DNA of 64,000 bases from Felis catus (GCF_018350175.1 NC_058368.1:164736001-164800000); one strand, 5' to 3'. Positions 40,201 through 53,192 are shown, numbered from the stretch's first letter. The notes: generated from the letters alone by a model not told the origin. Translations and numbers: made by a program.

Positions 40201-43035
40201 ATTTTTTTATATCTTAGTGGCTAATTAGATAAACTTTCTCTTCACTCACATTATCTCAGTAAGGTTCTTCCATACAACCCCCACTAGCCATAGAGGATCT
40301 GCAATCTGCATGTTGGATGAACCTTCTCTAAAAGTATATGTCTGTCTTCCTATACCCTCTTAGGCTCTTTTCCCCCAAGCAATTCAGGGGATTTGATGCT
40401 ATCCATCTTCAGTCTTTACCACTTTCTAGGCAGAGCATTATAGCTATGGATTCAGAATGGGGGACAAAATAAGACTCTTTGCTATGCTGTGACTTTGAAG
40501 GGAAATATTAAACTGAATAGAATGTATGTGTCAACATAAAAAAGATACTGTTCATATACATTGCATTGTCCCTCAACTTGTTCCTGCTATACATGAGCTT
40601 TCTTTCAGACTACTCATGATAGAGGTTTAAGAGCTTTGATTCTGGAGGTACAGTGCTGTTTTAGTGATAAAAATAAGCCTTAATATTTTTTTCTTTGCTT
40701 TATCTATTTTTATGTGGGCAGCAGATAATTTCTAGAATTCCTACGAGATGTTCTAATGGAATAGCAGATTGAGCTGCCAGCAGTGTCAGTATTGCAAGAT
40801 AAAAACATAATGCCATGAATCTATATATCAAATGTTGTGTTGCAAATGAAACACTATCTACTCCATGTAAAATCAGCTTCTCAGCCCTATCTTTGAGCTG
40901 TTTTTCTTTGATTCCACAATGTCAGTGAATGGCTTAGGTAACCCACTCCATTCCCCCTTGAGGCTGTATGGAAAAATTATTTCAGCATTGCTTTATGAAA
41001 GGAGTATTGAATCATTGGTTGTAAAGAGGAAAATCTAATTAAACCTCGATAAAGTGTTTGTCACTCTGACTCATGGAAGACAGCGTTGTGTCTGACTTGT
41101 CTTGAATCGACAAGAATGAGCTAAGGATTGGTGATTTTAAAGGTTAGGAAGAATATAAGGGCATGGGGATCTGAATGCGTTCATATCACTAAAGGAGTTA
41201 CAGAGGATTATAAATTTATTATGGACTATGAAGCCATACGCTGGCTCTGAAACTTGATTATTTAAGGAGTCACTTAAAGTATCATAGACGTGCTAACACC
41301 CTAGGAGAATCTTAATGCAGTAGCCTTTGGAGAAATATACCACTGGGTCTGCCTGATTCAGTGTATCACACTGTGATTTGGATTTATAGCTTGTGTGTGT
41401 TTTTTTTTTCCTTTAAATTAACTGAATAAAATAAAAATAAAACTCCCTGCATACAAAGTTAAGATAATTTTCAAATGAAAGTGACACAGTTTGCTCTTCT
41501 AACCTTGCTTTGTGTTTCAGAATCTTTTTCTTTTTCCCAAAACAGACTTTGACTTACAGATAAGGTTCATGACTTAACAATTGCTGGACCAAAAAAAAAT
41601 ATCCTTTTCAAAAGGATGACAACCAAAGTAAAACCTGTCACTGAAAGCAATAAAAAGATTAGGTGAAAAAAGTGTGGAGGGTGTGGGAGGTTGGGAGAAA
41701 GGTTCAGAAGGGAGGCTCTCAGTCATTCCAGTCTAAAAGCCATTGTCAAGTTAAAAAGTCGGGAGATAAGTGTTAAACCTCACAAAATAAAAATGCTGAA
41801 AGATAGGATGGGAATTAAAATACAGGAAGTAGATGAAGCAAACAAGCAAACACAGCAATAGGTATCAAAAGAGAGATGACCAGCAGAGTGATGAATTAAG
41901 GAAAATCAAGTTATGCCACAACAAAATTAGTTTTTTTGCCAAGGTTGAAACATCTATGTGTTTATCTATGAACACTGACTGGCCATTGGGTCCTTAAAAG
42001 TTTCACTGAGGCATCTCAGTCCAATATTGTATTTGTGTGGTTCTTAACCTTTTTAAAGCAATGGATCCTTTTCAAAGTCTGATGAAATCATGTACCCCCT
42101 TTCTTGGACAGGCTGATGTACACACATAAAATCCTAATCCCTATCCTATATTAATACTTTCTACAGCACCTGTGGTTTTTCTTCCAGTCTTTGCTGTTCT
42201 AATTCTAATGAGCAACATTTCATTATTTTTTTTTTCAATATATGAAGTTTATTGTCAAATTGGTTTCCATACAATACCCAGTGCTCATCCCAAAAGGTGC
42301 CCTCCTCAATACCCATCACCCACCCGCCCCTCCCTCCCACCACCCATCAACCCTCAGTTTGTTCTGAGTTTTTAACAGTCTCTTATGCTTTGGCTCTCTC
42401 CCACTCTAACCTCTTTTTTTTTTTTTCCTTCCCCTCCCCCCATGGGTTTCTGTTAAGTTTCTCAGGATCCACATAAGAGTGAAAACATATGGTATCTGTC
42501 TTTCTTTGTATGGCTTATTTCACTTAGCATAACACTCTGCAGTTCCATCCATGTTGCTACAAAGGGCCATATTTCATTCTTTCTCATTGCCACGTAGTAC
42601 TCCATTGTGTATATAAACCACAATTTCTTTATCCATTCATCAGTTGATGGACATTTAGGCTCTTTCCATAATTTAGCTATTGTTGAGATTGCTGCTATAA
42701 ACATTGGGGTACAAGTGCCCCTATGCATCAGCACTCCTGTATCCCTTGGGTAAATTCCTAGCAGTGCTATTGCTGGGTCATAGGGTAGGTCTATTTTTGA
42801 TTTTCTGAAGAAACTCCACACTGTTTTCCAGAGTGGCTGCACCAATTTGCATTCCCATCAACAGTGCAAGAGGGTTCCCATTTCTCCACATCCTCTCCAG
42901 CATCTATAGTCTCCTGATTTGTTCATTTGGCCACTCTGACCGGCGTGAGGTGATATCTGAGTGTGGTTTTGATTTGTATTTCCCTGATGAGGAGCGACGT
43001 TGAGCATCTTTTCATGTGCCTGTTGGCCATCCGGA

Positions 43036-43098
<63 letters not shown>

Positions 43099-43311
43099 GA
43101 AATTTATTGACAAATTAGTTTCCATACAACACCCAGTGCTCATCCCAAAAGGTGCCCTCCTCAATACCCATCACCCACCCTCTCCTCCCTCCCACCCCCC
43201 ATCAACCCTCAGTTTGTTCTCAGTTTTTAAGAGTCTCTTATACTTTGGCTCTCTCCCACTCTAACCTGTTTTTTTTTTCCTTCCCCTCCCCCATGGGTTC
43301 CTGTTAAATTC

Positions 43312-46300
43312 TCAGGGTCCACATAAGAGTGAAACCATATGGTATCTGTCTTTCTCTGTATGGCTTATTTCACTTAGCATCACACTCTCCAGTTCCATCC
43401 ACGTTGCTACAAAAGGCCATATTTCATTTTTTCTCATTGCCACGTAATATTCCATTGTGTATATAAACCACAATTTCTTTATCCATTCATCAGTTGATGG
43501 ACATTTAGGCTCTTTCCATAATTTGGCTATTGTTGAGAGTGCTGCTATGAACATTGGGGTACAAGTGGCCCTATGCATCAGTACTCCTGTATCCCTTGGA
43601 TAAATTCCTAGCAGTGCTATTGCTGGGTCATAGGGTAGGTCTATTTTTAATTTTCTGAGGAACCTCCACACTGCTTTCCAGAGCGGCTGCACCAATTTGC
43701 ATTCCCACCAACAGTGCAAGAGGGTTCCCGTTTCTCCACATCCTCTCCAGCATCTAGAGTCTCCTGATTTGTTCATTTTGGCCACTCTGACTGGCGTGAG
43801 GTGATACCTGAGTGTGGTTTTGATTTGTATTTCCCTGATAAGGAGCGACGCTGAACATCTTTTCATGTGCCTGTTGGCCATCCGGATGTCTTCTTTAGAG
43901 AAGTGTCTATTCATGTTTTCTGCCCATTTCTTCACTGGGTTATTTGTTTTTCGGGTGTGGAGTTTGGTGAGCTCTTTATAGATTTTGGATACTAGCCCTT
44001 TGTCCGATATGTCATTTGCGAATATCTTTTCCCATTCCGTTGGTTGCCTTTTAGTTTTGTTGGTTGTTTCCTTTGCTGTGCAGAAGCTTTTTATCTTCAT
44101 AAGGTCCCAGTAATTCACTTTTGCTTTTAATTCCCTTGCCTTTGGGGATGTGTCGAGTAAGAGATTGCTACGGCTGAGGTCAGAGAGGTCTTTTCCTGCT
44201 TTCTCCTCTAAGGTTTTGATGGTTTCCTGTCTCACATTTAGGTCCTTTATCCATTTTGAGTTTATTTTTGTGAATGGTGTGAGAAAGTGGTCTAGTTTCA
44301 ACCTTCTGCATGTTGCTGTCCAGTTCTCCCAGCACCATTTGTTAAAGAGGCTGTCTTTTTTCCATTGGATGTTCTTTCCTGCTTTGTCAAAGATGAGTTG
44401 GCCATACGTTTGTGGGTCTAGTTCTGGGGTTTCTATTCTATTCCATTGGTCTATGTGTCTGTTTCTGTGCCAATACCATGCTGTCTTGATGATGACAGCT
44501 TTGTAGTAGAGGCTAAAGTCTGGGATTGTGATGCCTCCTGCTTTGGTCTTCTTCTTCAAAATTCCTTTGGCTATTCGGGGCCTTTTGTGGTTCCATATGA
44601 ATTTTAGGATTGCTTGTTCTAGTTTCGAGAAGAATGCTGGTGCAATTTTGATTGGGATTGCATTGAATGTGTAGATAGCTTTGGGTAGTATTGACATTTT
44701 GACAATATTTATTTTTCCAATCCATGAGCAGGGAATGTCTTTCCATTTCTTTAAATCTTCTTCAATTTCCTTCATAAGCTTTCTATAGTTTTCAGCATAC
44801 AGATCCTTTACATCTTTGGTTAGATTTATTCCTAGGTATTTTATGCTTCTTGGTGCAATTGTGAATGGGATCAGTTTCTTTATTTGTCTTTCTGTTGCTT
44901 CATTGTTAGTGTATAAGAATGCAACTGATTTCTGTACATTGATTTTGTATCCTGCAACTTTGCTGAATTCCTGTATCAGTTCTAGTAGACTTTTGGTGGA
45001 GTCTATCGGATTTTCCATGTATAATATCATGTCATCTGCAAAAAGCGAAAGCTTGACTTCATCTTTGCCAATTTTGATGCCTTTGATTTCCTTTTGTTGT
45101 CTGATTGCTGATGCTAGAACTTCCAGCACTATGTTAAACAGCAGCGGTGAGAGTGGGCATCCTTGTCGTGTTCCTGATCTCAGGGAAAAAGCTCTCAGTT
45201 TTTCCCCGTTGAGGATGATGTTAGCTGTGGGCTTTTCATAGATGGCTTTTATGATCTTTAAGTATGTTCCTTCTATCCCGACTTTCTCAAGGGTTTTTAT
45301 TAAGAAAGGGTGCTGGATTTTGTCAAAGGCCTTTTCTGCATCGATTGACAGGATCATATGGTTCTTCTCTTTTTTTTTGTTAATGTGATGTATCACGTTG
45401 ATTGATTTGCGAATGTTGAACCAGCCCTGCATCCCAGGAATGAATCCCACTTGATCATGGTGAATAATTCTTTTTATATGCCGTTGAATTCGATTTGCTA
45501 GTATCTTATTGAGAATTTTTGCATCCATATTCATCAGGGATATTGGCCTGTAGTTCTCTTTTTTTACTGGGTCTCTGTCAGGTTTGGGAATCAAAGTAAT
45601 ACTGGCTTCATAGAATGAGTCTGGAAGTTTTCCTTCCCTTTCTATTTCTTGGAATAGCTTGAGAAGGATAGGTATTATCTCTGCTTTAAATGTCTGGTAG
45701 AACTCCCCTGGGAAGCCATCTGGTCCTGGACTCTTATTTGTTGGGAGATTTTTGATAACCGATTCAATTTCTTCACTGGTTATGGGTCTGTTCAAGCTTT
45801 CTATTTCCTCCTGATTGAGTTTTGGAAGCGTGTGGGTGTTCAGGAATTTGTCCATTTCTTCCAGGTTGTCCAGTTTGTTGGCATATAATTTTTCATAGTA
45901 TTCCCTGATAATTGTTTGTATCTCTGAGGGATTGGTTGTAATAATTCCATTTTCATTCATGATTTTATCTATTTGGGTCATCTCCCTTTTCTTTTTGAGA
46001 AGCCTGGCTAGAGGTTTGTCAATTTTGTTTATTTTTTCAAAAAACCAACTCTTGGTTTCGTTGATCTGCTCTACAGTTTTTTTAGATTCTATATTGTTTA
46101 TTTCTGCTCTGATCTTTATTATTTCTCTTCTTCTGCTGGGTTTAGGTTGCCTTTGCTGTTCTGCTTCTAGTTCCTTTAGGTGTGCTGTTAGATTTTGTAT
46201 TTGGGATTTTTCTTGTTTCTTGAGATAGGCCTGGATTGCAATGTATTTTCCTCTCAGGACTGCCTTCGCTGCGTCCCAAAGCGTTTGGATTGTTGTATTT

Positions 46301-47136
46301 TCATTTTCGTTTGTTTCCATATATTTTTTAATTTCTTCTCTAATTGCCTGGTTGACCCACTCATTCGTTAGTAGGGTGTTCTTTAACCTCCATGCCTTTG
46401 GAGGTTTTCCAGACTTTTTCCTGTGGTTGATTTCAAGCTTCATAGCATTGTGGTCTGAAAGTATGCATGGTATAATTTCAATTCTTGTAAACTTATGAAG
46501 GGCTGTTTTGTGACCCAGTATGTGATCTATCTTGGAGAATGTTCCATGTGCACTCGAGAAGAAAGTATATTCTGTTGCTTTGGGATGCAGCGTTCTAAAT
46601 ATATCTGTCAAGTCCATCTGATCCAATGTCTCATTCAGGGCCCTTGTTTCTTTATTGATCGTGTGTCTAGATGATCTGTCCATTTCTGTAAGTGGGGTGT
46701 TAAAGTCCCCTGCAATTACCACATTCTTATCAATAAGATTGCTTATGTTTATGAGTAATTGTTTTATATATTTGGGGGCTCCGGTATTCGGCGCATAGAC
46801 ATTTATAATTGTTAGCTCTTCCTGATGGATAGACCCTGTAACTATTATATAATGTCCTTCTTCATCTCTTGTTACAGCCTTTAATTTAAAGTCTAGTTTG
46901 TCTGATATAAGTATGGCTACTCCAGCTTTCTTTTGGCTTCCAGTCGCATGATAAATAGTTCTCCATCCCCTCACTCTCAATCTAAAGGTGTCCTCAGGTC
47001 TAAAATGAGTCTCTTGTAGACAGCAAATAGATGGGTCTTGTTTTTTTATCCATTCTGATACCCTATGTCTTTTGGTTGGTGCATTTAATCCATTTACATT
47101 CAGTGTTATTATAGAAAGATACGGGTTGAGAGTCAT
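43312..47136 (-). CDS. LINE-1 ORF2p (APE-like endonuclease, reverse transcriptase, C-terminal CCHC), 1274 aa from the first ATG
   Basis: Uninterrupted ORF starting [18 protein letters not shown]. Endonuclease motifs LQETH, GDFN, SKIDH, SDH. RT motifs [23 protein letters not shown]. Cys-rich [18 protein letters not shown]. The ORF track starts 18 codons earlier at a GTG; the first ATG is at 47136. Confidence 0.97.
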   Translation of the reverse strand: MTLNPYLSIITLNVNGLNAPTKRHRVSEWIKKQDPSICCLQETHFRPEDTFRLRVRGWRTIYHATGSQKKAGVAILISDKLDFKLKAVTRDEEGHYIIVTGSIHQEELTIINVYAPNTGAPKYIKQLLINISNLIDKNVVIAGDFNTPLTEMDRSSRHTINKETRALNETLDQMDLTDIFRTLHPKATEYTFFSSAHGTFSKIDHILGHKTALHKFTRIEIIPCILSDHNAMKLEINHRKKSGKPPKAWRLKNTLLTNEWVNQAIREEIKKYMETNENENTTIQTLWDAAKAVLRGKYIAIQAYLKKQEKSQIQNLTAHLKELEAEQQRQPKPSRRREIIKIRAEINNIESKKTVEQINETKSWFFEKINKIDKPLARLLKKKREMTQIDKIMNENGIITTNPSEIQTIIREYYEKLYANKLDNLEEMDKFLNTHTLPKLNQEEIESLNRPITSEEIESVIKNLPTNKSPGPDGFPGEFYQTFKAEIIPILLKLFQEIEREGKLPDSFYEASITLIPKPDRDPVKKENYRPISLMNMDAKILNKILANRIQRHIKRIIHHDQVGFIPGMQGWFNIRKSINVIHHINKKKEKNHMILSIDAEKAFDKIQHPFLIKTLEKVGIEGTYLKIIKAIYEKPTANIILNGEKLRAFSLRSGTRQGCPLSPLLFNIVLEVLASAIRQQKEIKGIKIGKDEVKLSLFADDMILYMENPIDSTKSLLELIQEFSKVAGYKINVQKSVAFLYTNNEATERQIKKLIPFTIAPRSIKYLGINLTKDVKDLYAENYRKLMKEIEEDLKKWKDIPCSWIGKINIVKMSILPKAIYTFNAIPIKIAPAFFSKLEQAILKFIWNHKRPRIAKGILKKKTKAGGITIPDFSLYYKAVIIKTAWYWHRNRHIDQWNRIETPELDPQTYGQLIFDKAGKNIQWKKDSLFNKWCWENWTATCRRLKLDHFLTPFTKINSKWIKDLNVRQETIKTLEEKAGKDLSDLSRSNLLLDTSPKARELKAKVNYWDLMKIKSFCTAKETTNKTKRQPTEWEKIFANDISDKGLVSKIYKELTKLHTRKTNNPVKKWAENMNRHFSKEDIRMANRHMKRCSASLLIREIQIKTTLRYHLTPVRVAKMNKSGDSRCWRGCGETGTLLHCWWECKLVQPLWKAVWRFLRKLKIDLPYDPAIALLGIYPRDTGVLMHRATCTPMFIAALSTIAKLWKEPKCPSTDEWIKKLWFIYTMEYYVAMRKNEIWPFVATWMELESVMLSEISHTEKDRYHMVSLLCGP

Positions 47137-47186
47137 TGTGATGTCTGTATGATTTATGCTTGTAGTGATGTCTCTGGGACTTTGTC

Positions 47187-48080
47187 TCACAGGGTCCCCC
47201 TTAGGATCTCTTGTAGGGCTGGTTTAGTGGTGACAAATTCCTTCAGTTTTTGTTTGTTTGGGAAAACCTTTATCTCTCCTTCTATTCTAAATGACAGACT
47301 TGCTGGGTAAAGGATTCTCGGCTGCATATTTTTTCTGTCTAGCACCCTGAAAATCTCGTGCCAATTCTTTCTGGCCTGCCAAGTTTCAAAAGAGAGATCA
47401 GTCACGAGTCTTATAGGTCTCCCTTTATATGTGAGGGCACGTTTACCCCTTGCTGCTTTCAGAATTTTCTCTTTATCCTTGTATTTTGCCAGTTTCACTA
47501 TGATATGTCGTGCAGAAGATCGGTTCAAGTTACGTCTGAAGGGAGTTCTCTGTGCCTCTTGGATTTCAATGCCTTTTTCCTTCCCCAGTTCAGGGAAGTT
47601 CTCAGCTATTATTTCTTCAAGTACCCCTTCAGCACCTTTCCCTCTCTCTTCCTCCTCTGGGATACCAATTATGCGTATATTATTTCTTTTTAGTGTATCA
47701 CTTAGTTCTCTAATTTTCCCCTCATACTCCTGGATTTTTTTATCTCTCTTTTTCTCAGCTTCCTCTTTTTCCATAACTTTATCCTCTAGTTCACCTATTC
47801 TCTCCTCTGCCTCTTCAAGCCGAGCTGTGGTGGTTTCCATTTTGTTATGCATTTCGTTTAAAGCGTTTTTCAGCTCCTCGTGACTGTTCCTTAGTCCCTT
47901 GATCTCTGTAGCAAGAGATTCTCTGCTGTCCTGTATACTGTTTTCAAGCCCAGCGATTAATTTTATGACTATTATTCTAAATTCACTTTCTGTTAAATTA
48001 TTTAAATCCTTTTTGATCAGTTCATTAGCTGTTGTTATTTCCTGGAGATTCTTCTGAGGGGAATTCTTCCGCTTGGTCAT
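47187..48080 (-). CDS. LINE-1 ORF1p (coiled-coil, RRM and C-terminal domain; RNA chaperone), 297 aa from the first ATG
   Basis: Starts [10 protein letters not shown]. Heptad-rich coiled coil, then [53 protein letters not shown], all typical of L1 ORF1p. No stops or frameshifts. Confidence 0.96.
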   Translation of the reverse strand: MTKRKNSPQKNLQEITTANELIKKDLNNLTESEFRIIVIKLIAGLENSIQDSRESLATEIKGLRNSHEELKNALNEMHNKMETTTARLEEAEERIGELEDKVMEKEEAEKKRDKKIQEYEGKIRELSDTLKRNNIRIIGIPEEEERGKGAEGVLEEIIAENFPELGKEKGIEIQEAQRTPFRRNLNRSSARHIIVKLAKYKDKEKILKAARGKRALTYKGRPIRLVTDLSFETWQARKNWHEIFRVLDRKNMQPRILYPASLSFRIEGEIKVFPNKQKLKEFVTTKPALQEILRGTL

Positions 48081-49008
48081 TTTGGATAGTCCCTGGCGTG
48101 GTGAGGACCTGCAGGGCACTTCCCCTGTGTTGTGGTGTATAACTGGAGTTGGTGGGCGGGGCCGCAGTCAGACCTGATGTCTGCCCCCAGCCCACTGCTG
48201 GGGCCACAGTCAGACTGGTGTGTGCCTTCTCTTCCCCTCTCCTAGGGGCGGGATTCACTGTGGGGTGGTGTGGCCCGTCTGGGCTACTTGCACACTGCCA
48301 GGCTTGTGATGCTGGGGATCTGGCGTATTAGCTGGGGTGGGTAGGCAAGGTGCACGGGGGTAGGAGGGGCAGGCTTAGATCGCTTCTCCTTAGGTGATCC
48401 TCTTCAGGAGGGGCCCTGTGGCAGCGGGAGGGAGTCAGATCCGCTGCCGGAGGTTTGGCTCCGCAGAAGCACAGAGTTGGGTGTTTGCGCGGAGCGAGCA
48501 AGTTCCCTGGCAGGAACTGGTTCTCTTTGGGATTTTGGCTGGGGGATGGGCGGGGGAGATGGCGCTGGCGAGCGCCTTTGTTCCCCACCAAGCTGAGCTC
48601 TGTCGTCAGGGGGCTCAGCAGCTCTCCCTCCCTTTGTCCTCCAGCCTTCCCGCTTTCCAAGCAGAGCTGTTAACTTATGACCTCCCAGATGCTAAGTCGC
48701 GCTTGTTGTGGGAACACAGTCCGTCAGGCCCCTCCGCTTTTGCCAGCCAGACTCGGGGGCTCTGCTTGGCCGGCGAGCCGCCCCTCCGCCCCGGCTCCCT
48801 CCCGCCAGTCCGTGGAGCGCGCACCGCCTCGCCGCCCTTCCTACCCTCTTCCGTGGGCCTCTCGTCTGCGTTTGGCTCCGGCGACTCCGTTCTGCTAATC
48901 CTCTGGTGGTTTTCTGGGTTATTTAGGCAGGTGTAGGTGGAATCTAAGTGATCAGCAGGACGCGCGGTGAGCCCAGCGTCCTCCTAAGCCGCCATCTTGC
49001 CGCTTCTC
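48081..49008 (-). promoter_or_regulatory. L1 5'UTR internal Pol II promoter / CpG island with YY1-type site
   Basis: 928-nt GC-rich, CpG-retaining segment in a CpG-depleted window. YY1 consensus CAAGATGGCGGC at 48988-48999 on the minus strand, about 10 nt from the 5' end, as in other mammalian L1s. Confidence 0.85.
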
Positions 49009-52000
49009 CCGGATGTCTTCTTTAGAGAAGTGTCTATTCATGTTTTCTGCCCATTTCTTCACTGGGTTATTTGTTTTTCAGGTATGGAGTTTGGTGAACT
49101 CTTTATAGATTTTGGATACTAGCCCTTTGTTCGATATGCCATTTGCAAATATCTTTTCCCATTCCGTTGGTTGCCTTTTAGTTTTGTTGGTTGTTTCCTT
49201 TGCTGTGCAGAAGCTTTTTATCTCCATAAAGTCCCAGTAGTTCATTTTTGCTTTTAATTCCCTTGCCTTTGGGGATGTGTCAAGTAAGAAATTGCTACGG
49301 CTGAGGTCAGAGAGGTCTTTTCCTGCTTTCTCCTCTTAGGGTTTTGATGGTTTACTGTCTCACATTCAGGTCCTTTATCCATTTTGAGTTTATTTTTGTG
49401 AATGGTGTGAGAAAGTGGTCTAGTTTCCACCTTCTGCATGTTGCTGTCCAGTTCTGCCAGCACCATTTGTTAAAGAAACTGTCTTTTTTCCATTGGATAT
49501 TCTTTCCTGCTTTGTCAAAGATTAGTTGACCATACGTTTGTGGGTCTAGTTCTGGCATTTCTATTCTATTCCATTGGTCTATGTATCTGTTTTTGTGCCA
49601 GTACCATGCTGTCTTGATGATGACAGCTTTGTAGTAGAGGCTAAAGTCTGGGATTGTGATGCCTCCTGCTTTGGTCTTCTTCAAAATTACTTCGGCTATT
49701 CAGGGCCTTTTGTGGTTCCATATGAATTTTAGGATTGCTTGTTCTAGTTTTGAGAAGAATGCTGGTGCAATTTTGACTGGGATTGCATTGAATGTGTAGA
49801 TAGCTTTGGGTAGTATTGGCATTTTGACAATATTTATTCTTCCAATCCATGAGCAGGGAATGTCTTTCCATTTCTTTAAATCTTCTTCAATTTCCTTCAT
49901 AAGCTTTCTATAGTTATCAGCATACAGATCTTTTACATCTTTGGTTAGATTTATGCCTAGGTATTTTATGCTTCTTGGTGCAATTGTGAATGGGATCAGT
50001 TTCTTTGTCTTTGTGTTGCTTCATTAGTAGTGTCTAAGAATGCAACTGATTTCTGTACATTGATTTTGTATCCTGCAACTTTGCTGAATTCATGTATCCA
50101 TTCTAGCAGACTTTTGGTGGAGTCTATTGGATTTTCCATGTATAATATCATGTCATCTGCAAAAAGCGAAAGCTTGACTTCATCTTTGCCAATTTTGATG
50201 CCTTTGATTTCCTTTTGTTGTCTGAGTGCTGATGCTAGCACTTCCAACACTATGTAAAACAACAGCGGTGAGAGTGGGCATCTCTGTCGTGTTCCTGATC
50301 TCAGGGAAAAAGCTCTCAGTTTTTCCCCATTGAGGATGATGTTAGCTGTGGGCTTTTCATAAATGGCTTTTATGATGTTTAAGTATGTTCCTTCTATCCC
50401 GACTTTCTCAAGCGTTTTTATTAATAAAGGATGTTGAATTTTGTCAAAGGCTTTTCTGCATCGATTGACAGGATCATATGGTTCTTATCTTTCTTTTATT
50501 AATGTGATGTATCACGTTGATTCATTTGTGAATGTTGAACCAGCCCTGCATCCCAGGAATGAATCCCACTTGATCATGGTGAATAATTCTTTTTATATGC
50601 TGTTGAATTCGATTTGCTAGTATCTTATTGAGAATTTTTACATCCATATGCATCAGGGATATTGGCCTGTAGTTCTCTTTTTTTACTGGGTGTCTGTCGG
50701 GTTTAGGAATCAAAGTAATACTGGCTTCATAGAATGAGTCTGGAAGTTTTCCTTCCCTTTCTATTTCTTGGAATAGCTTGAGAAGGATAGGTATTATCTC
50801 TGCTTTAAACGTCTGGTAGAACTCCCCTGGGAAGCCATCTGGTCCTGGACTCTTATTTGTTGGGAGATTTTTGATGACTGATTCAATTTCTTCGCTGGTT
50901 ATGGGTCTGTTCAAGCTTTCTATTTCCTCCTGATTGAGTTTTGGAAGAGTGTGGGTGTTTAGGAATTTTTCAATTTCTTCCAGGTTGTCCAATTTGTTGG
51001 CATATAATTTTTCATAGTATTCCCTGATAATTGTTTGTATCTGTGGGGGATTGGTTGTAATCATTCCATTTTCATTCATGATTTTATCTATTTGGGTCAT
51101 CTCCCTTTTCTTTTTGAGAAGCCTGGCTAGAGGTTTATCAATTTTGTTTATTTTTTCAAAAAACCAACTCTTGGTTTCATTGATCTGCTCTACAGTTTTT
51201 CTAGATTCTATATTGTTCATTTCTGCTCTGATCTTTATGATTTCTCTTCTTCTGCTGGGTTTAGGCTGCCTTTGCTGTTCTGCTTCTAGTTCCTTTAGGT
51301 GTGCTGTTAGATTTTGTATTTGGGATTTTTCTCGTTTCTTGAGATAGGCCTGGATTGCAATGTATTTTCCTCTCAGGACTGCCTTCGCTGCATCCCAAAG
51401 CATTTGGATTGTTGTATTTTCATTTTTGTTTGTTTCCATATATTTTTTAATTTATTCTCTAATTGCCTGGTTGACCCACTCATTCTTTAGTAGGGTGTTC
51501 TTTAACCTCATGCTTTTGGAGGTTTTCCAGACTTTTTCTTGTGGTTGATTTCAAGCTTCATAGCATTGTGGTCTGAAAGTATGCATGGTATGATTTCAAT
51601 TCTTGTATACTTATGAAGGGCTGTTTTGTGACCCAGTATATGATCTATCTTGGAGAATGTTCCATGTGCAGTCGAGAAGAAAGTATATTCTGTTGCTTTG
51701 GAATGCAGAGTTCTAAATATATCTGTCAAGTCCATCTGATCCAATGTCTCATTCAGGGCCCTTGTTTCTGTATTGACCGTGTGTCTAGATGATCTATCCA
51801 TTTCTGTAAGTGGTGTGTTAAAGTCCCCTGCAATTACCACATTCTTATCAATAAGGTTGCTTATGTTTTTGAGTAATTGTTTTATATATTTGGGGGCTCC
51901 TGTATTCGGTGCATAGACATTTATAATTGTTAGCTCTTCCTGATGGATAGACCCTGTGATTATTATATAATGCCCTTCTTCATCCCTTGTTACAGCCTTT

Positions 52001-52305
52001 AATTTAAAGTCTAGTTTGTCTGATATAAGTATGGCTACTCCAGCTTTCTTTTGACTTCCAGTGGCATGATAAATGGTTCTCCATCCCCTCACTCTCAATC
52101 TGAAGATGTCCTCAGGTCTAAAATGAGTCTCTTGTACACAGCAAATAGATGGGTCTTGTTTTTTTTATCCATTCTGATACCCTATGTCTTTTAGTTGGTG
52201 CATTTAGTCCATTTACATTCAGCGTTATTATAGAAAGATACGGGTTTAGAGTCATTGTGATGTCTGTATGTTTTATGCCTGTAGTGATGTCTCTGGTACT
52301 TTGTC

Positions 52306-53192
52306 TCACAGGATCCCCCTTAGGATCTCTTGTAAGGCTGGTTTAGTGGTGACGAATTCCTTCAGTTTTTGTTTGTTTGGGAAGACCTTTATCTCCTTCC
52401 ATTCTGAATGACAGACTTGCTGGATAAATGAATCTCGGCTGCATACTTTTTCTGTTCACCACATTGAAGATCTCGTGCCATTCCTTTCTGGCCTGCCAAG
52501 TTTCAGTAGAGAGATCGTTCATGAGTCTTATAGGTCTCCCTTTATATGTTAGAGCACGTTTATCTCTAGCTGCTTTCAGAATTTTCTCTTTATCCTTGTA
52601 TTTTGCCAGTTTCACTATGATATGTCGTGGAGAAGATCGATTCAAGTTATGTCTGAAGGGAGTTCTCTGTGCCTCTTTGATTTCAATGCCTTTTTCCTTC
52701 CCCAGATCCGGGAAGTTCTCAGCTATTATTTCTTCAAGTACACCTTCAGCACCTTTCCCTGTCTCTTCCTCCTCTGGAATACCAATTATGCGTATATTAT
52801 TTCTTTTTAGTGTATCACTTAGTTCTCTAATTTTCCCCTCATACTCCTGGATTTTTTTATCTCTCTTTTTCTCAGCTTCCTCTTTTTCCATAATTTTATC
52901 TTCTAGTTCACCTATTGTCTCCTCTGCCTCTTCAATCAGAGCCGTAGTTGTCTCCATTTTATTTTGCAGTTCATTGATAGCATTTTTAGCTCCTCCTGGC
53001 TGTTCCTTAGTCCCTTGATCTCTGTAGCAAGAGATTCTGCTGTCCTTTATACTGTTTTCAAGCCCAGTGATTAATTTTATGACTATTATTCTAAATTCAC
53101 TTCGTTATATTGTTTAAATCATTTTTGATCAGTTCGTTAACTGTTGTTATTTCCTGGACGTTTTTCAGAGGGGAATTCTTCTGTTTCGTCAT
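52306..53192 (-). pseudogene. Frameshifted L1 ORF1 of the outer element
   Basis: ATG at 53192 aligns with the inner ORF1 start. Small deletions leave only a 204-aa piece (52343-52957) that ends out of frame. Confidence 0.9.

Larger units (their letters stand above)
43046..49008 (-). mobile_element. Full-length, apparently intact young LINE-1 (felid L1), nested inside an older L1
   Basis: Read on the minus strand: GC/CpG-rich 5'UTR starting GAGAAGCGGCAAGATGGCGG, intact ORF1 and ORF2, G-rich 3'UTR, AATAAA (43103-43108) and a pure A-tail (T-run 43043-43093). Perfect 15-bp TSD CCGGATGTCTTCTTT at 43031-43045 and 49009-49023. Confidence 0.98.
42462..52255 (-). pseudogene. Disrupted L1 ORF2 of the outer element (frameshifts, stops, and the nested L1)
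   Basis: ORF2-like fragments at 52118-52309, 51508-52098, 50522-51439, 49996-50262, 49700-49900, 49352-49684 and 42462-42845, each nearly identical to the inner ORF2p. Confidence 0.93.

Noticed and set aside
43016..43264. Poly-Phe ORF
   Set aside because: It reads the L1 poly(A) tail on the opposite strand.
47137..48119. ORF-track GTG starts for ORF1 (48119) and ORF2 (47190)
   Set aside because: Eukaryotic context; the first ATGs (48080 and 47136) give N-termini and lengths typical of L1 proteins.
44150..53018. Plus-strand ORFs of 60-196 aa overlapping L1 ORF1/ORF2
   Set aside because: Antisense shadows of L1 coding sequence, F/S/L-rich and mostly without ATG starts; a common by-product of L1 codon bias.
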